A DNA stretch of 64,000 nucleotides. Source: Octopus vulgaris. Lineage: Eukaryota. Below the pieces are notes generated by a model that worked only from the letters and a program-made list of their open reading frames with translations, did not search any database and was not told the DNA's origin. The translations under genes were made by a program, and so were the position numbers. The number at the start of each line of letters is the position of its first letter. Positions within the stretch are counted from its first letter, which is position 1. Where the stretch lies: positions 4,092,001 through 4,156,000 of the forward strand of contig OX597822.1 in assembly GCA_951406725.2 (NCBI GenBank). The letters are read 5' to 3'. This document shows positions 1 to 15,469 of this stretch, piece by piece.

Positions 1-670
1 GGACAGAAGAAAAAACACACAATGAAAAGGCTTCTTGGATTGATGGAATATCTACAGACTTTGATTCCTTAGAGTAGCAAAAGTGGGAGTGTGCCAAGGT
101 AGAAGATATAAGAACTGCTCTCAGGAGGTCAAGCAAATGGAAGTCTCCAGGAAAGGATAAAATTTGTAACTTCTGGTTGAATGCCTTCCCAGAGAGCCAT
201 GAACAGCTAACAGAACTTTACAACGGTGTTTTGCAACATCCTAGCATTATTCCCTTTTGGCTAGTTAATGGTTTAACATTCCTACTTCTACAAAAATGAA
301 GAAACAAATGAACCAAATATCATCGACCCAAAACCTGCTTATCAACAATGTATAAAACTCGAACTTCTGTCCTCACTGAATACACCTATAGTTTTTTTTT
401 TTATAGAAAGTAGCATATTCCCTAATTAGCAAAAAGGGTGTAAACGTGGACCTTATGGTTGCAAAGATCAGCTACTCATCAATAAGATGACCATAGAAGA
501 TTGTCACAAACGACACAAAAACTTGTCAATAGCCTGGATAGACTGTAATAAAAGCTTTTGATAGCCTACCACATAGCTGGATTAAGAAATGTCTGGAAAT
601 GTATAAAATAGCTCCTACTCTGAGAAACTTTTAGTCTATGAGCATGAGATCATAGAAGACCACACTGACT
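1..670 (+). mobile_element. R4/Dong-like non-LTR retrotransposon, reverse transcriptase fragment (decayed)
   Basis: Across frameshifts reads WKSPGKDKICNFWLN, RPKTCLSTMYK, KGCKRGPYGCKDQLLINK, AWID..KAFDSLPHSWIKKCLEMYK, typical of the RT of RLE-type (R4/Dong) LINEs. Confidence 0.8.
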
Positions 671-1730
671 AAAGCTCGTTCAACAAACGGCGATCACACC
701 TGTTCACCGTTAAGGTATCGCTGGAGATTTTGCAGCCTTAGCACATATCTACGCATCCTCAGCTACGGTTGAGTCCTCCACGCAACGGGTGGCACCTGTC
801 TCCTCCACAGGAAGCGGAAGAGCAAACGCACCAACCCGTTCAGCCACGAATCAGGGCAAGGGATGACAGTCAGGCGGTAGTATATGACGGATGCGATGTA
901 TGCATTCGTCACCTCTACCTAACCTTTCAAGGACATCTTCCTCTAGGCCCATTTCTGGGTGAGACTGGCCACCCTATCTGTCACCTCGCCCCAGCTCTTG
1001 TCCACTTGGAGATTCGAACCGAACCAGACCCCGGGCAACTTAACAAGTCCTTCCGTCCAGAGCCCCACCATGCTGTCGGCTGGCATGGGCCTGCCTATCC
1101 AGGTGCCGAGCTGCAAGCCCACTGACTTCTCCTGGTTGATTATTACTCCTTTCACCGCTTCGCATTCCCTTAGGGTAGTGCCGATCATTTCGATTTCCGA
1201 GATGTCCGATACCATCACGGTGACGTACGCATACGCTGACACGAAACTTCCGCATCCCAGTTCACGCGGTATGCCCCTCGAAACATCCAGCTTCCGCAGT
1301 AATGGCTCGAGTGAGAAGGGATGAGAGTGAGCATCCTTGAGGGACCGAACATGCGGTACTAAACGATTCCGAGAGGTTGTATTTTACTTTGACTACATTT
1401 CAGCTATCCAGCCTCTGAAAACGGGACCGAAACCAACTGCCTTGAGGACAGTCTCCAAGTACAGATAGTCGATCATATCAAAAGCTTTCGATTAATCCAA
1501 ATGGCTCAGGGGCCCACCAATGCCAGGTTCTTTACCAACCCTCTCTATGATGTATCGCGTGAGGTAGAGGTTGCCGTGTATAGCACTGCTGGGGATAGCG
1601 CAGTCTACGCATTACCCGCCATTCCGTCAACGACAAGCGCAAACTTCCTTGCTAACAACTTGGCCAAAATTTTATAATCGGTATTTAACAGTGTTACCAG
1701 CCTAAAGCTATCGACAATCTCAGATCCTAC
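671..1730 (-). mobile_element. Tx1/L1-clade LINE reverse transcriptase fragment (decayed)
   Basis: Minus strand reads FRLVTLLNTDYKILAKLLA, LD*SKAFDMIDYLYLETVLKAVGFGPVFRGWI, then SAYAYVTVMV (degenerate YADD); includes ORF 943..1242. Confidence 0.8.
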
Positions 1731-1789
1731 CCTACACACACACAAACACAAACACAAACACACATACTGACCGTCTTCACATTCTTCTG

Positions 1790-2155
<366 letters not shown>

Positions 2156-2184
2156 GTGTGTGTGTGTAAATGTTTGTATGCATG

Positions 2185-2510
2185 GATGTGTGGTAAGAAT
2201 TTTGCTTCCCAAACACATGGTTCTGGGTTCAGTCCCACCGCGTGGAATCTTGGATAAATGTATTCTAGTGAAACCTCGGGCTGCCCAAGGCCTTGTGAGT
2301 GGATTTGGTAGACGGAAACTGAAAGAAGCCGATCGTATATATGTGTATGCGTGTGTGTGTGTGTATGTGTGTCTTTATGTATGAATCTATCCTCCACCAA
2401 CGACTGACAACCGGTGTTAGTATGTTTATATCGCAGTTAGACAGCAGCTCGGCAAAAGAGTCCGATAAAGTACCAGGCTTTATAAAAGCTAATAAGTACT
2501 GGGTTCTATT
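2185..2510 (+). mobile_element. tRNA-derived SINE family A (CORE-like centre, internal microsatellite), diverged copy
   Basis: B-box-like GGGTTCAGTCCC, then GGATTTGGTAGACGGAAACTGAAAGAAGCC shared with the copies at 6413, 11584, 52911 and 59350. Confidence 0.8.
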
Positions 2511-3289
2511 CGCGTAAAAGAATAAATGCGCACATGAATACATACATACTAATAGATAAACCTAAGTGTGCTGTACATATATACGTGTGTGTACACATAC
2601 ACACACAGACACACCATACATACATAGAGAAAGATATCAGCTAATACTCATCAGACAAAAACGATAAATAAATAAAAATGTAAAAAAATGCAGCAATTTT
2701 TCTGGATTTTTAAAAATATTTTTATTCATTTATTTCGATTTCAATTCAGTTACGTCGCCATCTTTTCCAGTTTGAAGTGTTGTGTCCAAATTGATTGGGG
2801 ACGAGTTATTTCTGTTACAATAATGTGCTGACTTGATGCGTAGTTGTGATGGCCTGAAAATTAAAGCTAGTTGTTGGGTATGGAGAGAGAGGAAAACAAT
2901 TTCGATAGAATGTTCGTAGCAGAAGAGCAAGCTATCCAAGGAACAGTCGATTTTGGCTCTGAAGTAAAAACAAAATGTCAATGAGCCGTCATTGGCGTAA
3001 TAAATAACAGCTTCATTTCACCATGTACCCGCTGGTAAGCTTCCGTTTAGTACATGTATGATTGTGTGTGCACAGCACACACAATATAGTGCCTATACAG
3101 ATATATATATATATATACTGGAATGCGAAGAAATGTATCATGGCTGCATTTGTATGTATGTATCAGTGTACGTATACTTCGGTACACATACTACACCATC
3201 TCTCTAAAAGTGTGACTTAAACTAGCATGTATTCCACGCAGTACCATAAATATATACATGTGTTTGTGTGTGTTTAAGTACACATAGAC

Positions 3290-4873
<1,584 letters not shown>

Positions 4874-5090
4874 CGACCTTCTGGCTGTAAATATGTATGT
4901 AAAAGTCCAAACACAAATGTGCAGACACACTCACGTTCACACTCATCGCACAGTAACACGCTCGCATATAAATGCAATTACTATTCCGTATCAAATATAT
5001 ATTCACTTGAGGATTAACAATAAAATCTACTACAATCTACGTACATATCCGTCTTTGGCTTCCGTATACGTATGCTTATAAACACAGAAA

Positions 5091-5136
<46 letters not shown>

Positions 5137-5564
5137 GTTTATCTCTATGTGAATATATAAATGCTTGTTTGTGTATGGGCATTGCATGCAAGCCGACTAG
5201 CTGCTATTCAGTAAAAAACAATTTTGATAGCTACTTATAGATGTTTCTAAACAGTAAAAAATATTATCTTGTCGTTTGCAGATTTTGGCACTTACATGAG
5301 AATTTTGCCTGATCGAACACGCAATTAAAAACATAATATCGCACAGTTTATGAAGATGATATATTAATATGAAGAAACGGGAAATAGAAATAGCATAGTA
5401 TACAATTTTTGGTAAATACATGGAAGTCAGTGGCCCAAGGGTCGGCCTTATGATAGCACTCGAATATCTATTGCTTCTTAGAGAGGTTAGTTCATATCTT
5501 CAGATATCCGAATTGTCATTGAAAAGAGAGCACAGAAAATTACGATTGTCCTATGAGTAATGAT

Positions 5565-6312
5565 GGATGAGTTGGTAGAAACGTTAGCACGCCGGGCGAA
5601 ATGCTTCGCGGTATTTCGTCTGCCGCTACGTTCTGAGTTCAAATCCCGCCGAGATCGACTTTGCCTTTCATCCTTTCGGGGTCGATAAATTAAGTACCAG
5701 TTACGCACTGGGATCGATATAATCGAATTTAATCGTTTGTCTGTCCTTGTTTGTCCTCTCTGTGTTTAGCCCCTTGTGGGTGGTAAAGAAATAGGTATTT
5801 CGTCTGCCGTTACGTTCTGAGTTCAAATCTCGCCGAGGTCGACTTTGCCTTTCATCCTTTCGGGGTCGATTAAATAAGTACCAGTTACGCACTGGGATCG
5901 ATATAATCGAATTTAATCGTTTGTCTGTCCTTGTTTGTCCTCTCTGTGTGTAGCCCCTTGTGGGCAGTAAAGAAATAGGTATTTCGTCTGCCGTTACGTT
6001 CTGAGTTCAAATTCCGCCGAGGTCGACTTTGCCTTTCATCCTTTCGGGGTCGGTTAAATAAGTACCAGTTACGCACTAGGGTCGATATAATCGACTTAAA
6101 CCATTTGTCTATCCTTGTTTGTCCTCTCTGTGTTTATCCCCTTGTGGGTAGTAAAGAAATAGGTATTTCGTCTGTCTTTCCGCAGAGGTCGACTTTGCCT
6201 TTCATTCTTTCGGGTCGATAAATTAAGTACCAGTTGTGTACTGGGGTCCATCCAATCGGGTAGCCCCACTCCCCCAAAATTTTGGGTCTTGTGCTTTGAA
6301 TAGAAAAGAATA
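5565..6312 (+). mobile_element. SINE family B (tRNA head plus Meta-like domain) as a head-to-tail multimer, ~184 bp period
   Basis: One A-box head, then repeats of GGTATTTCGTCTGCCGTTACGTTCTGAGTTCAAAT..GCCTTTCATCCTTTCGGGGTCGAT..AAGTACCAG..GTAAAGAAATA; antisense ORFs ending 5708, 5892 and 6076 show the 184 spacing. Confidence 0.9.
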
Positions 6313-6412
6313 TTATTGAAGTCGAATAAGTTCATGAGATGTGAATTGTCATGTCATAATTCAGCTCCCCTAACGTGGCAACAGACTGATCTTTGGAACA
6401 TAATTATATGTA

Positions 6413-6812
6413 GGCGCAGGAGTGGCTGTGTAGTAAGCTTGTTTCCCAATCACATGGTTCCGAGTTCAGTCCCACTGCATTTCGCCTTCGTCTTCTACTA
6501 TAGCCCCGGGCCGACCAAAGCCTTGTGAGTGGATTTGGTAAATGAAACTGAAAGAAGCTCTTGTATGTATGTGTGTGTGTTTTTGTATCTATGTTTATCC
6601 TCCTACCACCACTTGACATCCGGCGTCGGTGTGTTTGTGTCTCCGTAACGTGATGGTTCGGCAAAAGATACTGATAGAATAAGTGCTAGGCTTACAAAAA
6701 TATTAGTCCTGGGGTCGATTTATTCGACTAAAACCCTTTAAGGCGGGGGTTGCTCCAGCATGGCCGAAGTGAAATGACTGACACAAGTAAAAGAATATAA
6801 GAACAAAAGAAT
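6413..6812 (+). mobile_element. SINE family A, near full length
   Basis: GGCGCAGGAGTGGCTGTG head, B-box GAGTTCAGTCCC, internal (GT)n, tail CTCCAGCATGGCC..ATGACTGA..CAAGTAAAAGA. Confidence 0.9.
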
Positions 6813-6899
6813 ACCCACATATGAATAGAAAAGATAAGTGCGAAATAATTCTGGGTATATGCGCAAATTAGAAACCTTTCAATTAAATATATCTCTATA

Positions 6900-9400
6900 A
6901 GTAGTCAAGACATCTGAAGAGTAGTCAACGAACTATAAGCTGTCCTGTCAGGAGACTCCGTCCTTCTGGCAAAGAAGGGATGCGTTTACATTCTTATTGA
7001 GGAAGGAAGGTCGGTACGTATTATCTGAGGAACAATCAACAAGCCGTATAACGGATTGTCAGGAAGCCCACAATACTCCAGCATTGCCATATCTTCTGAC
7101 TGAAACAAAATTTTGCTCTCCCCACACAGGAAGATATTCCATAACCCCTCACAGCACGTGCTCAGCCCTGCTCTGTTCAGCTCTCTTCAACTTAGTCTTG
7201 AGACTAACACCTTCTTCAAACAACAAAAATATTACCAAACCGAAAAAAAAGTGATCTGAAGCTATTCTACCAATCCCTAGAAATAATACCATTACGAAAA
7301 AAAAAACTAGATAACATACTTCAAGAATTACTCCGATGCGAAAGCAATAAACATAGATATATAAACAGTAATATAAGTACTTTGCATGAAACTTAAGCAA
7401 GTTCTAAACTATATATAACGTAATATATAAAAGGCGGCGAGCTGGCAGAATCATTAGCACGCCGGGCGAAATGCGTAGCCGTATTTCGTCTGCGTTACGT
7501 TGTGAGTTCAAATTCCGCCGAGGTCGACTTTGCCTTTCATCCTTTCGGGGTCGATAAATTAAGTACCAGTTGCGCACTGGGGTCGATGTAATCGACTTAA
7601 TACCTATGTCTGTCCTTGTTTGTCCCCTCTGTGTTTAGCCCTTGTCGGTAATAAAGAAATATATATATATAACGTAATATGTCAAAGTGACAAGTACAAA
7701 TATTTGTGATTATGGATAAAAACGAATACACTACAAAATTTACAAATCCCCTCTATGATAACAAGGCATTTATAAACATTCAGGAAAACATGACTATCCT
7801 ATTAAAAAGTAGATATATTAACTTGATTGATGCAGCAAACATACAAATACCCTTCAACACCATTCATCCACATTGTAAGAGAATATACCCCAACGTATAT
7901 TTATGGAAGAGTAACAGTATACAACATAGAACGATCCTCTCCGGAAAATAGTTTCCCAAATAAATATACCAATGCACAAGATCGCTAAACGGATAATGTT
8001 ATCAAACAGTTCACACTGGAAAGAGATAAAGAATACATTTATTTGTTGCGTTCCTAAAGAAATTAACAAAGATAACCAAAGTCTTCGCCTTAGATATAAA
8101 CAGCTTCTTTACGAAGTTCCTCACTACATTATACAACTTGTAGAACATTGAGTATTTAAACTATCCACTATAAGAGCTGGTCTAGAAGTGCGTGGTATAA
8201 CCGAAAGTTTTCCTTTAGTATTACGATAACTTTTAGGTTATATACGAAAAAGATGGAGTAATAATGGATTCTCTATTAGGACTCGTATTTGAAGCATCCT
8301 ATATAGTTGCAACAGAAAACAAAATAATGCCAAACCATAATGATACAATATGATCAGGTTTGTTCAAGATATTTTTGTCATCATAAACACATAGTGACGT
8401 TTTCAAGAAAATAATAGAGAACCTACAAAACAACGTTGTCCAAAACATTTATTGCCCTAGAGTAATTTAAATAATTCCATTTCTTGATATAAACATGGAA
8501 TTGAATTAAAATAGATCGATCACATCTGTTTACAACAAGGGCTCCATAAATGACGGTTCTCAGATGGGGTCAACGAATGTCCATGCGGCAATAGAACATC
8601 AGTAGAGGCATCACTACAATTAAAACCCTTTCTCTCAATAGCAATCCGCATGACTGTGAACCGTGGATATCAATTGGGATCACTTACAATTATGACTACT
8701 AAGAAGGTCAAAATCCAATTGGTTTGTTACATAATTTTAGGTTTCTGGTTGTTTTACCTTACTGAAAATCGTGACGATGGTCTTTAAGAATAGATAAAGA
8801 GAGGGCGAGAGAGATTTACAGGATTCGAGAATTTTGTTGCCAATACTTGTGAGGATCAACCACATGAGCTGGAAGGTGATAGCTTTGTAGATTCGCCGAG
8901 GGTGTGGAATAAAAGGGAACAGTAAACGTGAAAGTTTTCCCTTTGGGAATATTTACTCTTAGAACCATCAAGGTTGAGAGGCAGAGCAACAGAGTATTCA
9001 ACAAAGACGGTGGAAACTATCAACTTTGTTAAATGTAAATCTTGCGATTGTAGCTGTTATAAGAACTACGACAATTATGATATTATTTTTACAAGATGCT
9101 GTACATTTAAAATGATGAACACTTGCGACGTACTATACTACTCAAAATTAAGCAAAATTTCATAGATATCATATCTATCTTATACTGTAGATGTCCTCAC
9201 AAAACTAGACGATTATTTATGAGACCGATATTAGCAGCACGTCATAATGCAGAAATGAAGACACATGTCATGTAGACTTATCGCGAACAAACATTCCCCC
9301 AACCTTGAGTTATGAAAGAAAATTGGAAACAACAGTCAAAGGTTTTAATCTGCTGATAATAGGCGTTTGGCCTGGAGATCAGGATGTTATAACCATGATC
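6900..9400 (+). mobile_element. Penelope-like element remnant (RT, possibly GIY-YIG), interrupted by a SINE
   Basis: Motifs in the expected order: KSDK..IMDKNEY..K (7685-7740), IVSQINIPMHKIAK, ALDINSFFTK, RKDGVIMDSLLG, RFVQDIFVI (RYVDD-like), IPFLDI, TSVYNK. Boundaries uncertain; degenerate hammerhead at ~6909-6944. Confidence 0.7.
7433..7660 (+). mobile_element. SINE family B monomer with target-site duplication
   Basis: GGCGGCGAGCTGGCAGAATC head, GAGTTCAAATTCC B box; TATATATAACGTAATAT on both sides (~7410-7426 and ~7664-7680). Confidence 0.9.
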
Positions 9401-10548
9401 TTACGATTACAGTTTCGATTCCTGTTGAGCAAAAATTTTATTTCACGTTGTTCCAGTCTCCTCGGCTTTAAAATGAGTTGCAAAATTATCTGGGAAGTTA
9501 GCCCTCCGAAGGGCCAGCGTCCCATTCTGGAGAAGGTGATGTTATTTCAGTCACTTATACCTCATGGAAACTAGATTAAGCTCTAGCGTTATGACTCCTG
9601 GAGCTCAGGGCAGACTACCTAAATCTAAGTCTAACCTCTTGTTCTATCAACTATAGAATGGTAGTAACGTACACCAACATCAACTACATCTCACAGAACA
9701 AAGGACCTGAAGATCTAGGAACGTTGGTGTTCAAGAAACTTTGTTATTCCGAATTATAACGGGCACAGATTTTTGTGCTTTCAGAATGTTTTAATGCGTT
9801 TTTGTATCTTGTTAAAATATTCTTGACATGAGTTCAAGTGAAAATAAGATAATACGAGAGTGAATATGATGGTTTATCATTATCTCAGAACACTCTTTTA
9901 AAATCATTGAATAATCTCTCTTGCACAGGACAATTGCTTTGTCCTAAATCTTAAGATGCCTCTGTTGAGTTTTAGTCAAAGAAATCACATGCCTTTTAAA
10001 ACATGTTTGGAGACTGGGGGTTGACTGATCTGGACCGTATTACTTTCAGATGCTTCAGAGACTATTCATTTTAATGTTTCTTTTTCACTTGTTGAATTAT
10101 AGAACAGAGCTTATTGCAAAATGTCGTCACCTAAAAAAGTTTATTTTGAAAAGTACTATTTACTTTACAAGCTGAATATTATATAACTGAATATCAATGT
10201 TATAACTGGAATTTCTTTGAACTACTTCGATCCTTTTAGAGATTCTTTGAAATACTCTAAGTATTCTATGAGTATTTTTCTATCTTCTTAATCACATCTT
10301 TGTGTCAGTTTTTGTGTATTAACTACCCTTAAAACAAGATGTCTGATCAGGCTGTAGTTCAAAGATTTATATCAAAAGGTTATATAAACCATTGTTCAAA
10401 GGCATGGAACTGCATACTATTGATAAACTGACTTCTCTTCTCTTACTTTTTTTTTCTTTATTGCTCATAATTAGAAAACGGAGCTCGTTTCTGCTTTTGG
10501 CTATTGGATATTTATTGAAATGCCGATCAACTGTTCTCTTCAGACTAT

Positions 10549-10654
<106 letters not shown>

Positions 10655-11583
10655 TTTATATATATATATATGTATGTGTATGTACGTATGTAAGTATATT
10701 AAACGTTTCCTTCCTTTTCTTTAGATTGTTATGAAGCTTTCCCTCTTTCTTCCTCGGACAGATACAGTCATGTGACTGTTTCTTTTTTCCTCTTCAACTT
10801 TAATACATTTACTCGTACTTTCAATGACTTCTTTGTGTGTTTTCCTCGTTTAAATTTCTCTCATAAAAGTACATATATATAAAGATATCGTATACGACTG
10901 TGGTCTAATGACCGAATCAAATATAAGAATAAAAAAGAATATATTCTACTTAATGCTATCATGTTCACAAAAATCACAATATAATGATTAATTCTCTACA
11001 TAATTTCCTCTTCTGCAACCTCCTCTTCGTTTCAGACACCAACTTCGTTTTACCTTTCTCACCACTCTCTCTCTCACTCTTTCTTGCTCTATGTTTCGTT
11101 CTCTTATTTTCGTGGTTTTTCCTCTTTCTTTTCTCTTTTCATTCATACATCTCTACTTTTCCATAAGTACTTCCATATATGCCTTCTTTTGTTCCACAAT
11201 TTTTTTCTTATTCTATCACTTTCTTTATATAGCGTTATATAATATTTAAATATTTGGTATGTTATAATTCGATTTAATCTTAAAACCCAAAATTTCTACG
11301 GAGCAAAACTATAATACCTATATAAGCCTATGTATTGTAATAAACTCCCTTAGTCGTGTCAAAACAGCTTGATTAAGAAACTCGGAGTAACTACAGTGTG
11401 AAACGTTGGGTCTCTGTCATTGCTGTTTATTATTGATTTATTTACTACTTTATGTATTAAGGACTTTTCCTTACTGATATAAATGGCTTCATATACAAAT
11501 ACATACATACATATGTGTAAGTGTGTGGGTGCGTGTGCGTGTATACATATACATACATATATCTGTGTTTATATATATACATA

Positions 11584-12000
11584 GGCGCAGGAGTGGCTGT
11601 GTGGTAAGTAGCTTCCTAACCAACCACATAGTTCCGGGTTCAGTCCCACTGCGTGGCATCTTGGGCAAGTGTCTTCTGCTATAGCTCCGGTCCGACCAAT
11701 GCCTTGTGAGTGGATTTGGTAGACGGAAATTGAAAGAAGCCCGTCGTATATATGTATGTATATATATATATTTATGTATGTGTGTGTGTCTTTGTGTGTC
11801 TGTGTTTGTCCCCCTAGCATTGCTTGACAACCGATGCCGGTATGTTTACGTCCCCGTCACTTAGCGGTTCGGCAAAAGAGACCGATAGAATAAGTACTGG
11901 GCTTACAAAGAATAAGTCCCGGGGTCGATTTGCTCGACTAAAGGCGGTGCTCCAGCATGGCTGCAGTCAAATGACTGAAACAAGTAAAAGAGTAAAAGAG
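11584..12000 (+). mobile_element. SINE family A, full length
   Basis: Complete head, GTGGCATCTTGGGCAAGTGTCTT (CORE-like), internal (TA)/(TG)n, tail AAGTAAAAGAGTAAAAGAG. Confidence 0.92.
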
Positions 12001-12168
12001 TATATTATATATATATATATATCAGTATAAGTATAAATATAAATGTGCATATATGTGTGTTTAAGTATATGTATACAAGTTTGCGTGTGTATATGTCTGT
12101 CTTTGTACTTGCGCTTTATGTACGCGTATACAGGTACGTTTGTTTGTGTGTATGCATAGGTACATATA

Positions 12169-13433
12169 TTGGGCCATTTCATAAATAATGCTGTTTTTTC
12201 AATTGTATGAACTAAAAGTCGGAGGGGGGACGGGATAAACTACCTGCATCAACTTGCTATAAAAGCAGGTAGTAACTTTACCTTGTACCTATTCTTAGTG
12301 CCAGTTTTGAAGGGTGCAGTTCGATTTTAATTGTTATTTTTTCAAAGCTATAATGGAAATTATAAAGAGGTATATTCGGCATATTTTACTGAGTTCAATA
12401 AAGGCAAAAACGCAACGCAAAGTGCGAGAAATATTAATGCAGTATATGGGTATCGAACAATAAACGTAAGCCAGTGTCAACGGTAGTTTCAGATATTCCG
12501 AGCCGGAAACTACAACATAGAAGACTAGCCTCGTCCTTGAAGATCTGTAGAGCTTGACGAGGACGTTCTGCAAACCCTGGTGGAACAAAATCCCATCGTA
12601 ACTGTTGAGAAACTAGCAGAAAAGCTTCGATTTGGTCATTCAACCATTCATCGACCCCTGCGTGCCATCGGAAAATGCCAGCGTATTAGATTAATGAGTT
12701 CCTCACAAACTTTCCGAGTCTAATCACGCGCAAAGAGTGAATGTGTGCTCTTCTTTACAGTCATGTCTCACGAATGACCCCTTTTTTAATCGAATAGTGG
12801 CTGGTGACGAGAAATGGGTTTTCTATAAAAATATCAAGCGCCGAAGACAGTATGTAGGGAGAAGAGAAACACCGGCACCCCAGGGTAAAGAAGGTCTTCA
12901 CCCACATAAGGTGGATTATGAAAGGTTTAAAACACTTTGAACTTTTAAACCCAAACCAAACGATAACAAAGGATTTCTACTACGAGCAGCTCGAGCGGCT
13001 CGAGTCAGCGCTAGAAGAAAAACGGCCATCTTCGGTTTCTAGACGAAAGGTGTTCTTCCAGCAGGATAATATGCTCGGTCACATACAGCGAGGATGACAT
13101 TCCGAAGGCTGGAGCAGTTTGAATGGGAAACGATACCCCACCCACGATATTCGCTGGACATTGCCACAACTTATTATCATTTATTCTGCAGTTTTCAAAA
13201 TCATTTGGATGGAAAAATAGGAATTCTTTAGACGAGGTCAGAACAGTACTGGAGGAGTATTTTTTGTCACGGACAAGTGAAGTTTGGGATAGGGGCCTTG
13301 CAAGTCTACCAGACAGAAGGAAGAGCATTGTAGGAAATGAAGGAGAGTATATTTTAGATTTAAAAAAGAACTTACCCTTAATTTTGAAAAATAAAAGTAT
13401 AAAAAACCGCATTATTTATGAGATGAACGAAAA
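12169..13433 (+). mobile_element. Full-length mariner DNA transposon with inactivated transposase
   Basis: Imperfect TIRs (TTGGGCCATTTCATAAATAATGC..TTTTT / AAAAACCGCATTATTTATGAGATGA), TA flanks, ~1.26 kb; motifs *VPHKL, GDEKWVFY, QQDN, HPRYSLDIA with stops and frameshifts. Confidence 0.92.
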
Positions 13434-14419
13434 TATGTTTGTGTGTGTGTGCGTATGTGCGTGTTTTGAAGATTGCGAACTAGAAAATTTGATAGGTGAT
13501 TCGCGTGGGTCCATTTTTTATTAAAACCATAAGCTATTGAAAAAAGAATGTGTAGAAAAATATCAATTTTGTATACTCTGCCCACATTTTTTACACCATT
13601 TAAATTCCAATTTTCACCTTAACTTAATCTAGAAGTGATTGTCTCCCATATAAGAATTATCCACCAGGATTACACCACATGATCGGAACTAATACTAGTC
13701 GTAATGGACAGGTAAGAATAATGATTATACTATGGCAAATAGTGCAGCACAATACACAATACAATAGAACTTGAAATTATATCGTTGTGTTATGTGTGGT
13801 TTATTGTAATATAATGCGATTTAAGCTACTTTCTTCAGAGAATGAAGTACCTTAAATGCTCAACAACACAGTCATTCAAGGGACACACACAACACTGTGA
13901 TATCTGATAAAATATTATCAATTTTGTTAACATCTATGGAATCTATATATAGATTGCGTGATCGTCTTGGCAGACATTGGCTGTCATTGACCGTTCACTA
14001 CATCTTTTTCTCTTTCTCTTCTCTCTCTGTACTGATATCCTCAATACCCGGTTGGTCAATGAAGCGCTGTCTCATTAAGTACTATTGTGTATATCCGTAA
14101 CTACATTGGTAGTTAAAGCCTATATTTGCCTGTACGTGTTTGTGTATGAGATTGTGTGTAAATGTAAGTTATTAGTCTAGTTTAATTTCTACATTTCTTG
14201 CCAATGGAGCAAGGTCCTGTTTCTAACCTAGATTCAAAGTTCCTTGATTGGAATTTCATCATCAACTCATGCATATAGTTACAAATCTAGACGTGTGTTC
14301 CTGTATTTATATGCTACACTTTTGGAAAGTTTTATATATTTTAACAATTTAATTGATGACACGTAACTGCAATCTAATTAGCTTTCGCCTTTACGGTTTT
14401 AATAACCCTAACTTGCCAA

Positions 14420-15190
14420 GATTGGGGCCGAGGCAGTTGCATATACTAGTTCCTGAATATTTATGTGTATAAATCTGACCTTGCAATCCCAGTGGAGTTG
14501 CTGTAACTTTCTCAACAGATCAGCGTAGGTGTTTTCTTTTACAGTGATTTTAAACTTTATATTGACATCCTCAGAATACCAAATTTCTACTACGGTGCAT
14601 AGTTTCTCTTCTCTGCCCCAAATCAGTATGTTCGGTCTATTATGTTTGCCTTTTATTGGGGTTTTCACATTGACATTTCACCTGTATCCTTTCATATCAC
14701 GAGTGGTTATAACCTCTACATTTCTATAAGCTCTTATATCTTTGGTCTCCGACTGATCTCATTGTACAATGTCTTGACCACAATATCATATCACGTTGAC
14801 GTTTCCAAAGACTGCTTATGATGTGGTGATTTCGTCGGCGTTAACTCCACAAAGTTTGCATCGGTTATCACTTATTGTTTTAGATTTTGTTTTTGTTTTG
14901 TTCCTGCAGCTTTGTTCTTTTTGTGTATCAGGAATTTTGTGATATTATTTTCAAAATGCTTTTGAAAGTGTACATGTAAACAGGCTGTATATATATTATA
15001 CATTAAATTCCGGAATGCCATTGGCCAACAGTACTTTACTGTATGGATTCTCATGGTTTTAGTGATCAGTTTTGCTTCTGTAAGAACTATCCAGCTTCAT
15101 ATACTAATATCTCCATTGAGAGCTAGCTAGTATTCGTTAAGAATTGGTCAGTAGAAAGTCAACAATCAATCAGGTTTATTTCTGAGACTA
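14420..15190 (-). mobile_element. RLE-type (R4/Dong-like) LINE C-terminal fragment: zinc knuckle plus restriction-like endonuclease
   Basis: NRCKLCGVN..HII..DIVVKTLYNEI followed by KHNRPNILIW..KLCTVVEI..DVNI..KENTYADL (ORF 14408..14668). Confidence 0.75.
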
Positions 15191-15280
15191 ATCTGAAGTC
15201 TTTTCAATTACAGACGCAATGAAATCACCATCAATACTGCATGTGTGTAAATATATATGCACATATGTATATATACATAC

Positions 15281-15351
<71 letters not shown>

Positions 15352-15356
15352 CGCGC

Positions 15357-15392
<36 letters not shown>

Positions 15393-15469
15393 CTAAATAA
15401 ATATATATATACATAATATATGTACACATACATATTTATATATTTGCTTATTCATTTAACTATTATCAT

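Noticed and set aside
5487-6076. Three similar MRNWYL.. ORFs resembling a tandem peptide gene family or CRISPR array
   Set aside because: Antisense reading of tandem SINE B units; whole units repeat, with no unique spacers.
12350-13360. Active or domesticated transposase
   Set aside because: Multiple stops and frameshifts; the same holds for the other mariner and Tc1 copies.
13650-13718. Possible small exon ending GGACAG|GTAAGA
   Set aside because: Good donor but weak acceptor, unrecognisable peptide and no partner exons.
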